A DNA stretch of 45,287 nt. It comes from a virus (Duplodnaviria > Caudoviricetes). Location of the stretch: IMG/VR virus record IMGVR_UViG_3300016722_000157, positions 1-45,287 of that record. One strand, given 5' to 3'. A program made the position numbers and the translations under genes. Shown piece after piece: positions 1-7,224 of the stretch (its first letter is position 1; every line of letters starts with the position of its first letter). Below the pieces are notes generated by a model that made no database searches, had not been told where the DNA came from, and saw only the letters and a list, made by a program, of their open reading frames with translations.

Positions 1-576
1 TTATTTTTTTTGCACAAAATCATTTATATTAAAATAAAATACATATTCATTGGTTACATCGCCTATCTTAATAGGTAACACAACCGTCATTCTTTTCCCT
101 ATATATTTATTTCTCAAAATAAGTAATTCAGCTTTTGTATTTGCTGAGTTGGGTAATATCGGCTTTTGTTTCCATCCTGACCATATATTGTCAAGATATA
201 TATTTTTTATTGGTTGGACCATGTCCGATAGACTTGAATACGGTGTGATAGAAGTTGCCGGATGGGAATTATTCATATCCATGTATCTTATGCCTGAATG
301 TATTACAGGACTCGAATTTCCATTTATATCTGCAAATAAAGCTTCATCCCATACAACTCGAATAACCTTGTTTGTTTTATTTGTCAAATTGAAATTCATC
401 ATATACGGAGATACCACCCAAGTTATTTTAATTATAGAATCTCCATAAATATAATTATGTCCATTGTTTGAAACAAGGTTTATGTTATTGCAATATGCAT
501 CCAGGGTATAAATTCCGGAATAAGACCCGCATGAAAATAAGAAAAAAGGAATGATGATAAATAAAAATTTCTTCAT
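1..576 (-). CDS. Predicted lipoprotein, last gene of the cI operon
   Basis: MKK + hydrophobic stretch + FSC lipobox (Cys16); beta-rich body; low GC. Confidence 0.7.
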   Translation of the reverse strand: MKKFLFIIIPFFLFSCGSYSGIYTLDAYCNNINLVSNNGHNYIYGDSIIKITWVVSPYMMNFNLTNKTNKVIRVVWDEALFADINGNSSPVIHSGIRYMDMNNSHPATSITPYSSLSDMVQPIKNIYLDNIWSGWKQKPILPNSANTKAELLILRNKYIGKRMTVVLPIKIGDVTNEYVFYFNINDFVQKK

Positions 577-579
577 AAA

Positions 580-1161
580 TTATTTAATACTAAAATCATA
601 TATTGGTAAAAATGCTCCAGCTCCATTTGGGGCTATATATACAAAGGCGTACTCACCTTTGTTTATTTCTTTATTTAAAGATAATCTATAAATGCCATTT
701 CTTATCTTTTCTATTTTAAAAAAAGAAAAATCAACGTCCACACCAATAGAAGTGTCGCTCCATATATTTATTTTACCAAAAGACAACTCCCTCGTATTTG
801 ATTTTGATTTTAATCGAGCTACTCCAAAATTTTGAGGAGACCCGTTTATTACCATTGTGGGATTTACCGATAATGATGTTATATATTCATTATTGTATTG
901 AGTTGGAAAATAAAAATAGAATATAGAATTCTTATTAGCTATATTGTTTGACGTATTTCCGCTAAACACAGTTTTTATATTAGTGTTTGCGATTCCAAAC
1001 GTTAAGGCTCCACCCAGTGCATTATACTTTGTTTTAGTGCATTTTATTGGAATTATCTCTTTTTTCACGTTGTTATTTTCAATGAAAACACCGATCGTAT
1101 CTGTTTGCGAAAACAGATAGGTAGAAATAAACAACAATGGTAATAATAATAATTTTTTCAT
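580..1161 (-). CDS. Secreted/periplasmic hypothetical protein
   Basis: Sec-type signal MKKLLLLPLLFISTYLFS-Q; beta-rich. Confidence 0.65.
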   Translation of the reverse strand: MKKLLLLPLLFISTYLFSQTDTIGVFIENNNVKKEIIPIKCTKTKYNALGGALTFGIANTNIKTVFSGNTSNNIANKNSIFYFYFPTQYNNEYITSLSVNPTMVINGSPQNFGVARLKSKSNTRELSFGKINIWSDTSIGVDVDFSFFKIEKIRNGIYRLSLNKEINKGEYAFVYIAPNGAGAFLPIYDFSIK

Positions 1162-1190
1162 AACTATAATATTAAAAGTCCAACAATCAG

Positions 1191-1751
1191 CTAAATATTA
1201 AAATTATACCCAACCGAAAGGCCCACTCTTGAGACGCTGTCACATTGGCCTTTTATATACCATCTATTATTTTTATTGTCGTTATCAAAATAATATATAA
1301 TAAAGAATTTTCCAGAAATAGCGCTACCCGTGAATGATTTAGAAACGCAATAATTACCATCACAACTCAATATCACTGTATCATCATATCTATTCTGATA
1401 TTTTGACTGTACTGCTAGCCCAATGCCATAACCGGCACAAATGTTTGGTGTGAAAAAATAACCTATTTCGGCTTCAGCTATATCATAGTATTTACCATCA
1501 CTCTTTATTTCGCTAGAATGTTCATCCCAACCTATAATTCCGGTATAATCGCTTCCCTTTTTACCAGTAATAAATTTAGGTTGTAAAGAGAGACCATAAT
1601 ACCAATTGTTTCGTCTAATTCCTAAATCAATAATAAGATTATTCTCTGAGGTATATCCCATATTTACATGATATTTTACAAGGTATAATCCATTCTGTGA
1701 AAATGAGAGTAAGGGAGTGAGCGATAATAAAAGAAATATGGCAATTTTCAT
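1191..1751 (-). CDS. Putative small outer-membrane beta-barrel protein
   Basis: Signal peptide from ATG 1751 (MKIAIFLLLSLTPLLSFS-Q); alternating Gly/aromatic strands; C-terminal VGLSVGYNF resembles a beta-signal. Confidence 0.6.
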   Translation of the reverse strand: MKIAIFLLLSLTPLLSFSQNGLYLVKYHVNMGYTSENNLIIDLGIRRNNWYYGLSLQPKFITGKKGSDYTGIIGWDEHSSEIKSDGKYYDIAEAEIGYFFTPNICAGYGIGLAVQSKYQNRYDDTVILSCDGNYCVSKSFTGSAISGKFFIIYYFDNDNKNNRWYIKGQCDSVSRVGLSVGYNFNI

Positions 1752-1753
1752 AT

Positions 1754-2371
1754 TCAAAAAGCTTTTATGCAACCTAATACTTTAAAAACCTTAAGTATCA
1801 TGTTCTTTTTTATAGGTTGAGGGTTAAACTCCTTATTGATGGCTTTCAATATGAATTTATCTCCAGTATCCTCATATACTATTTTTACTGTTCGCAAATT
1901 ATTCTTTGTTATTATCGCATAAATTTCCCCACATACTAGGCATTTATCCCAATCTAATATTTCTGATATGGCTATTTTATCCCCACTATTTATCTTTGGC
2001 TCCATACTTTCACCTGTTATGTTGCACCAAATCACGCCGTCTTTGTTATAAGGTTGATAATCTATGTTATAATCAGGATTGATTGTGTTGTCTGGAGCGG
2101 ATAAATCAAATCCTCCTAAAAAGTCAACATTATAATATGGTCTACCAGATGAATAACTTTTAACAGGCTCTTCTCCGTTCAATACCCAATCTATACTTAG
2201 CCCAAACGATCTGGAAAATGATTCTATAAACTCTATACTTATCTTTCTCTTGTTGCTTAAATAGTTGTTTACCGTTTTTTGGGGTATTCCTATTCTTTTA
2301 GCAAATTCATTTTCACTTATTTTGTTTTCTGTTAATAAGTTATTAACTCTTTGTATTACAGATTCATACAT
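1754..2371 (-). CDS. cI: CI-like repressor (XRE HTH + S24 peptidase)
   Basis: HTH ISENEFAKRIGIPQKTVNNYL; S24 motif GESMEP and catalytic Lys in TVKIV; divergent from the early operon. Confidence 0.93.
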   Translation of the reverse strand: MYESVIQRVNNLLTENKISENEFAKRIGIPQKTVNNYLSNKRKISIEFIESFSRSFGLSIDWVLNGEEPVKSYSSGRPYYNVDFLGGFDLSAPDNTINPDYNIDYQPYNKDGVIWCNITGESMEPKINSGDKIAISEILDWDKCLVCGEIYAIITKNNLRTVKIVYEDTGDKFILKAINKEFNPQPIKKNMILKVFKVLGCIKAF

Positions 2372-2398
2372 TTTTTTATTATTTAGATTCAATACAAA

Positions 2399-2458
2399 TA
2401 GAACATTTGGGCTAAAAATTAACTATAAAAATATTGCTTGTTAGAACAAACGGGCTAA
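2399..2458. promoter_or_regulatory. Two putative CI operators TAGAACA-N3-GGGCTAA (2399-2415, 2442-2458)
   Basis: 17-bp direct repeat with 14 identical positions; second copy overlaps the rightward -7 element. Confidence 0.7.
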
Positions 2459-2463
2459 CTTTG
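2433..2463 (+). promoter_or_regulatory. Rightward early promoter (Bacteroidota type)
   Basis: TAACTTTG at 2456-2463 fits TAnnTTTG; TTG about 19 nt upstream. Confidence 0.7.
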
Positions 2464-2544
2464 CAATTAATAAAGCAATTAAACTAAAAGGACATAAAAA
2501 TAAGGGTCACGACATGAGTCGCAATCTTCATTCATAAACCGTGA

Positions 2545-2552
2545 CAAATATA
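2545..2552 (-). promoter_or_regulatory. Leftward promoter -7 element, probably for the cI operon
   Basis: Minus strand TATATTTG fits TAnnTTTG; no clear -33 seen. Confidence 0.5.
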
Positions 2553-2592
2553 GTGATTCCTATTTTTATATCCCAATAAAAGTAATAAAAAA

Positions 2593-2796
2593 ATGAAAGT
2601 AACTTATGACATGCTTCGTAGCATAGAGTTAAACTCTACAAGGCCCTTTTCAGGGACTCCTCCGGAATTGAATACGGCCAGGGTGATAGCCTATCAGTTG
2701 AGCCGAATACATCCGGAAGAAAACAGAACATACAGTACTAAAATAGTATGGGAAAAGGGAATCATTTACATAACCGCCAAAAAAGCAAATAAATGA
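2593..2796 (+). CDS. Small early protein in the Cro position
   Basis: First ORF after the switch; A-rich start; ATGA overlap with next gene. Confidence 0.6.
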   Translation: MKVTYDMLRSIELNSTRPFSGTPPELNTARVIAYQLSRIHPEENRTYSTKIVWEKGIIYITAKKANK

Positions 2797-3017
2797 TTAC
2801 GCCTAGCCAACTAGACTATATCGCTCAAAAAGTAGCGGAATACATGAAACCAAAAGACGAGCTACTGAACACGAAGCAGTGTGCCGAATGGCTGGGCCTT
2901 TCAACAAAGGCATTAACTCAACGTGCCAGGATTGGCGACATTCCAAGCCATAAGCGTAAAGGGTTATACTACTTTTCAAAAAACGAAATCACCGAATTTT
3001 ATTTAAAGAAGCCGTGA
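2793..3017 (+). CDS. Excisionase-like HTH_17 DNA-binding protein
   Basis: LLNTKQCAEWLGLSTKALTQRARIGDIPSHKRKGLYYFSK matches the MerR/Xis-type winged HTH pattern. Confidence 0.8.
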   Translation: MITPSQLDYIAQKVAEYMKPKDELLNTKQCAEWLGLSTKALTQRARIGDIPSHKRKGLYYFSKNEITEFYLKKP

Positions 3018-3036
3018 GGCCTAAGCGATTGATAAC

Positions 3037-3117
3037 TCTCCGTTAGCTCAGAGGTAGAGCGATCCGTGAATTTGATTAGGAGCGGATAAGTCGCTGGTTC
3101 GATCCCGGCACGGAGAT
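3037..3117 (+). ncRNA. tRNA-like element 1: full cloverleaf with 16-nt anticodon loop
   Basis: Acceptor TCTCCGT/ACGGAGA; T8 A9; D arm GCTC-AGAGGTA-GAGC; stem ATCCG/CGGAT with loop TGAATTTGATTAGGAG; T arm GCTGG-TTCGATC-CCGGC; no encoded CCA. Confidence 0.8.
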
Positions 3118-3301
3118 CAAAAATGATATTTGACGCGGAAACCGCAAGGTGTGAGGAAATGCACCCTTAAAAAATAAATAGCGGCAGGCGAGTTAATCGT
3201 AGCACCCGGAAAGCGAAGAACGATACGTATATGTTCGACAGATGTCAGCATAGTCACTTATGAGGTTATAAATTGAAATTAAATTTCCAAGGCTATGTAA
3301 A

Positions 3302-3355
3302 TACCCGTAGCATTTTTATGCTGTATGCTCGAAGTTTCGGAACGGGCACGGGAAC
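3302..3355 (+). ncRNA. tRNA-like element 2: minimal acceptor + hairpin + T-like arm
   Basis: CCCGT/ACGGG closing stem stacked on GCTCG/CGGGC (loop AAGTTTCGGAA); internal AGCAT-TTTT-ATGCT hairpin. Confidence 0.45.
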
Positions 3356-3375
3356 AAACCATTAATTAAAAATTT

Positions 3376-3624
3376 ATGTCGTTTATAGCTAAGCAGCCGA
3401 ACGGATTATATTGCCGTTTTTCATCTGTTGTAGACACAGTGACAAACTACAACATGACAAGAGAAGAATACATTGAAAAATGTATGGAACAAGCAAAAAG
3501 AGAGGCAATCGATACACTCGATAACCCTCAACCTTTTGAAGAAGTTGAAAAACGATTTGTGCCGAACAATATGACACGAAAGCGTTTTAAAGAGATTATT
3601 AAGGAAATGAACACAAAAGTTTAA
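3376..3624 (+). CDS. Phage hypothetical protein
   Basis: 82 aa; A-rich start context; co-oriented with early operon. Confidence 0.7.
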   Translation: MSFIAKQPNGLYCRFSSVVDTVTNYNMTREEYIEKCMEQAKREAIDTLDNPQPFEEVEKRFVPNNMTRKRFKEIIKEMNTKV

Positions 3625-3678
3625 ATCACAATGAAGCAAATTAGATCACCCACTTGATATGTTTTTAACCCGTATTGA

Positions 3679-3711
3679 AAGAGGATGCTAAAAACATCCT
3701 CTTCTTAATTT
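3679..3711 (+). terminator. Intrinsic terminator or attenuator
   Basis: AAGAGGATG-ctaaaaa-CATCCTCTT followed by T-rich tail. Confidence 0.55.
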
Positions 3712-3737
3712 ATTGTTTCACAAAAATATAATTAATT

Positions 3738-4562
3738 ATGAGAACTTTTTTATTCGGGCTTTTGGCCTTAGTGTGTATGTGTTTGTCTTCTTGCAATCCG
3801 GCTAAAGTTAATGCCGGGGAAGAGGGTGTTTTTGTAAAGAACCCGTGGTTTTTCGGACATGGCGGGGTTGATTATGATCCTGTATCTACTGGGTTATCAT
3901 GGGAGGCTTTTACGACCAAATGCCATACCTTTAAAATAATTCCGGTACAGTACGACGAGAAGTTTAACGATATTATGAGTTCGGACAACACCCCCGTCGA
4001 TTTGACCGCTCATGCTTTAATTAAGATTACGGCCGGAAAAACTCCTTTACTTTTAGATAAGTTCGGCGACAATTGGTATCAGAATGATATTCAGAAAGAC
4101 TTTTGCAATGAGGTAAGGAATGAGATTAGTAAATGGCCAATGATGCAGCTTACTTGCAAAAGAGAAATTTACGATAACATGTCTTCCAAGATAGAAACCG
4201 TATTAAAAGCAAAGATACACAAAGACGGTATTCCTATTGAGCTGATGAAAGTAATTATCGATAAAGCAAGCCCTACACAAGAGGTTATGGAAGAATACAA
4301 TCATACGGCCGCGCAAATTCAAGCAAAGCAGACACAAGAAGCCGCGGCGCAAATGCAACTTGCCAGAAGAAAGGCAGAAGAAAGCAGGGCGGCGGCCGAT
4401 GACGCATACCGTATGAAAATGGGACTTAATCCGGATCAGTATATCAGGCTTCGACAACTTGAGATTGAAAAAGAGAAAGTAGACATGATTCGAAATAAGA
4501 GTAGGGTTTCAATCACCATGCTTATGGGCGGTAATGCACTACCAACTTATAATGTCAAATAA
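3738..4562 (+). CDS. SPFH (band 7/prohibitin) family lipoprotein
   Basis: Lipobox LSSC; VNAGEEGV; SSDNTPVD; C-terminal Ala/Gln/Glu coiled coil ending YIRLRQLE. Confidence 0.85.
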   Translation: MRTFLFGLLALVCMCLSSCNPAKVNAGEEGVFVKNPWFFGHGGVDYDPVSTGLSWEAFTTKCHTFKIIPVQYDEKFNDIMSSDNTPVDLTAHALIKITAGKTPLLLDKFGDNWYQNDIQKDFCNEVRNEISKWPMMQLTCKREIYDNMSSKIETVLKAKIHKDGIPIELMKVIIDKASPTQEVMEEYNHTAAQIQAKQTQEAAAQMQLARRKAEESRAAADDAYRMKMGLNPDQYIRLRQLEIEKEKVDMIRNKSRVSITMLMGGNALPTYNVK

Positions 4563-4613
4563 CAATTAAAGCTTAACCCTTATATGAAATATAAAAGCGT
4601 ATAAGGGTTATTC

Positions 4614-4712
4614 GGTGCAATGATGGAATGGTAGACATAGCCGTGTTGATCGGTTGGACTTAATAATACTAGTTATAATAAATCCGTGTAGGTTCGAATC
4701 CTACTTGCACCA
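4614..4712 (+). ncRNA. tRNA-like element 3: tRNA-Leu-type body with abnormal central arms
   Basis: Acceptor GGTGCAA/TTGCACC + discriminator A; Leu-type D arm ATGGAATGGTAGACAT; T arm GTAGG-TTCGAAT-CCTAC; central hairpins GCCG-TGTTGAT-CGGT and GGA...TCC. Confidence 0.8.
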
Positions 4713-4800
4713 CGAAATCCGATAAATGAGGGGACGCCCGCAATTGAGGTTGGCAGCGTGGAAAGACACGCAATTTTGTTTAACGCTAAAGCATATAGAA

Positions 4801-4986
4801 ATGAGAATGTTTAGATTTCTATTATTAGTACTGCTAGCTTTAATAGCTATTGCAGTGGCCGAGACGAGTCCTAAATGGACAATTGGTTTAATCTTTTTGA
4901 TAGTCGCTCTGTCTGTCAATTGGGCTAGAAAAGGGAAACTTCCTAAAGTTAAAGATAACTCAAGCAAATTTTACGATGAAGAATAA
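4801..4986 (+). CDS. Small two-TM membrane protein upstream of antirepressor
   Basis: ATG 4801 preferred; two hydrophobic segments; overlaps antirepressor start. Confidence 0.6.
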   Translation: MRMFRFLLLVLLALIAIAVAETSPKWTIGLIFLIVALSVNWARKGKLPKVKDNSSKFYDEE

Positions 4987-5731
4987 CATTCAAATTTTTT
5001 GTGATCTCCGATTTGGTAATATCCGAGTTGTAGGAGATTTAGATAACCCGCTATTCTGTTTATCGGATGTTTGCAAGATATTAGGGTTAACGCCTAGAGG
5101 TGTAAATCAAAGACTTGGAAAGGATGTCATTTCAAATTACCCCCTTGAAACGGCGGGCGGAACTCAACAAGCATTATTTGTAAACGAAGACGGACTATAT
5201 GACGTCATTTTGGATAGTCGTAAACCTGAAGCAAAGCAGTTCCGCAAATGGATAACATCAGAAGTATTACCCTCGATTAGGAAGAAAGGTACTTACATGA
5301 CGGATGAAGTTCTTGAAAGGGCGATTAAATCTCCCGATTTCCTCATTCAATTGGCTACTGAATTAAAAGCCGAGCAAAATAAAAGGGCCGTACTCGAAGA
5401 TTTAGCGGCCGCCCAACAGAGAGTTATTGTTAACTCAGCTCCAAAAGTTCAGTATTACGATAAGGTATTAAGCAGCGAAAGTACTTATGTGACAAATCAG
5501 ATCGCAAAAGAGCTTGGTATGAGTGCCGAAACGCTGAATAAGAAGCTGAAAGAAAAAGGCATTCAATACAAGCAAAACGGTACATGGCTTTTAACCTATA
5601 AGTATCAAAACGAAGGATTGACAAAAACTCATACGCACACTTTTACACGTTCCGATGGAACGCCTGGCAGCTCGATGTTAACAGTTTGGACTGAAAAAGG
5701 TAGAGAGTTCATAATTTGCTTGGAACTATGA
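4976..5731 (+). CDS. Phage antirepressor (Bro-N + ANT/KilAC)
   Basis: PLFCLSDVCKILGL, FVNEDGLY, SRKPEAKQFRKWITSEVLPSIRK; APKVQYYD, WTEKGREFI. Confidence 0.93.
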   Translation: MKNNIQIFCDLRFGNIRVVGDLDNPLFCLSDVCKILGLTPRGVNQRLGKDVISNYPLETAGGTQQALFVNEDGLYDVILDSRKPEAKQFRKWITSEVLPSIRKKGTYMTDEVLERAIKSPDFLIQLATELKAEQNKRAVLEDLAAAQQRVIVNSAPKVQYYDKVLSSESTYVTNQIAKELGMSAETLNKKLKEKGIQYKQNGTWLLTYKYQNEGLTKTHTHTFTRSDGTPGSSMLTVWTEKGREFIICLEL

Positions 5732-5928
5732 TAATTTACATAGCGAGAGATGGCAACGGAAAGCTTTTCGGGTATACTGGAAAGCCAAAAAAATTGAGAA
5801 AAATTGGAATGTGGCTTCCTGATGATTCAAAGATAGATCTTTTTTCTCTTCCCATGAATATGCTTCCTTCTGTAAAATGGGAAGATGAAGAGCCAACCAA
5901 AATCAAATTTAAAAACAAAAGACAATGA
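5728..5928 (+). CDS. Phage hypothetical protein
   Basis: ATGA-coupled at both ends; YIARDGNGKLF...VKWEDEEP. Confidence 0.7.
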   Translation: MIIYIARDGNGKLFGYTGKPKKLRKIGMWLPDDSKIDLFSLPMNMLPSVKWEDEEPTKIKFKNKRQ

Positions 5929-6146
5929 AACATGCAATGAAAACGAGACGGGCACTCGGTAAACCAAAAAGAAATCAAATATTTGATTCGTTTATGCACC
6001 CTGAGAAATCAATAGTTAATCGCTATGATTCAAAAGGGAATCATATTACAAACAAAGGTACTCACCAATCAGGAAAGCTTTCTCATGAATTCACACCGAA
6101 CAACGGTATGAATCGCCGACAAAGAAGAATGAGAAAATCAGCATAA
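5925..6146 (+). CDS. Basic hypothetical protein
   Basis: ATGA-coupled; Arg-rich C-terminus NRRQRRMRK. Confidence 0.6.
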   Translation: MKHAMKTRRALGKPKRNQIFDSFMHPEKSIVNRYDSKGNHITNKGTHQSGKLSHEFTPNNGMNRRQRRMRKSA

Positions 6147-6224
6147 ATATTTTTTTGATTATTACTGCTCGCAAGTCGAATCCGAGATACGCCAACGGCA
6201 CGGTAAAGATACTACGAGCAAAAC

Positions 6225-6293
6225 GGGCGGACGTATGGAACGCTCTGTACACAACTAGGAGTGTGCATACCGGATCGTTACCGGTTCCGCCCA
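6225..6293 (+). ncRNA. tRNA-like element 4
   Basis: Acceptor GGGCGGA/TCCGCCC + A; short D-like arm CGT-ATGGA-ACG; 7-bp stem TGTACAC/GTGTGCA with 8-nt loop AACTAGGA; T arm ACCGG-ATCGTTA-CCGGT. Confidence 0.7.
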
Positions 6294-6321
6294 CAATTAA
6301 TCATTTAATTATAACAATAGA

Positions 6322-7215
6322 ATGGATTTTTTAGAAGAATTAGAAAAATTGAAAAAGGAAGATATTCCTTTTAATCAACATGTGGCGGATAAGTTCATAT
6401 TTGTCTACAAAGCAAAATTCGGAGATGGAGCTGAAAGCTTTTATGAAGAGCAATCGAATCTATTTTCAGCGATTGTAACCGAGAGCGACGCACTCAAAAA
6501 ATGCTCCGGATTCTCGTTATATAACGCATTTCTGTTATTAGCTATCGACGGAGTTTCTCTTGAGAAAAACTACACTACTCAGTGTTATCTCGAGTCGAGA
6601 GGTGTAAAGATAGGGAAAGATAAAAAAGGGGATGACATTTGGGAGAAAAGAGCAGCTCTCAAAATCTCAGGGTATGGAGAACTTTTGATGAGAAAACGTT
6701 CCGGACACGTAAAGGACATTAACAACCCCGTGATAGTTTACGATTGCGATTCATTCGCTTATGGGGAAAAAGACGGAAAAGTCTTTGTTAACTATACTAA
6801 AACATTCCCGCGAAAGGAGGGTGCGAAAATAATTGCAGGATATGTAAAAATTACTCGCCCAGACGACTCCATAGACTATAAAGTAATGGACATTGAGGAC
6901 GTAAAACGTTTGATGACGTATTCCGAAAAAAACAATAAGAAATGGGATGATCGTGCAAGAAAATATGTGAACGGTGATGCTAACCCATTATATGGAAAAG
7001 AGAAAGATGGAAGCGGAATAGATTCAGGCTTTTTTGCAGCAAAAATTATCAAACACGCCTTTAAAACATTCCCTAGACTAAATGTAGGAGACGGGGCGGT
7101 AATGCAGGCAGATGACGATGAAACACCCATAGAAGAGGTGAAAGAAGTTGTTCCTTTCGGAGAGAGGATAAAAATAGAGGGTACTAAAGTTGAAGAAGAA
7201 GACGGACCATTTTAA
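6322..7215 (+). CDS. recT: RecT-family single-strand annealing protein
   Basis: LKKCSGFSLYNAFLLLA, QCYL, LKISGYGEL, VYDCDSF, KIIKHAFKTFP; acidic tail. Confidence 0.85.
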   Translation: MDFLEELEKLKKEDIPFNQHVADKFIFVYKAKFGDGAESFYEEQSNLFSAIVTESDALKKCSGFSLYNAFLLLAIDGVSLEKNYTTQCYLESRGVKIGKDKKGDDIWEKRAALKISGYGELLMRKRSGHVKDINNPVIVYDCDSFAYGEKDGKVFVNYTKTFPRKEGAKIIAGYVKITRPDDSIDYKVMDIEDVKRLMTYSEKNNKKWDDRARKYVNGDANPLYGKEKDGSGIDSGFFAAKIIKHAFKTFPRLNVGDGAVMQADDDETPIEEVKEVVPFGERIKIEGTKVEEEDGPF

Positions 7216-7224
7216 TAAAAAGCT

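Noticed and set aside
3067-3082. Intron-containing tRNA
   Set aside because: Only 9 extra nt; too short for group I/II introns and no clear bulge-helix-bulge
4639-4655. Functional tRNA-Gln(TTG)
   Set aside because: G at position 33, Leu-type body, no room for base 26 and an oversized following arm; kept as tRNA-like only
6246-6268. Amber suppressor tRNA (CTA in loop) and TAG recoding
   Set aside because: Loop is 8 nt without U33 on a 7-bp stem; genes are intact in code 11 and TAG ends several genes (1191, 18656, 39226, 42809)
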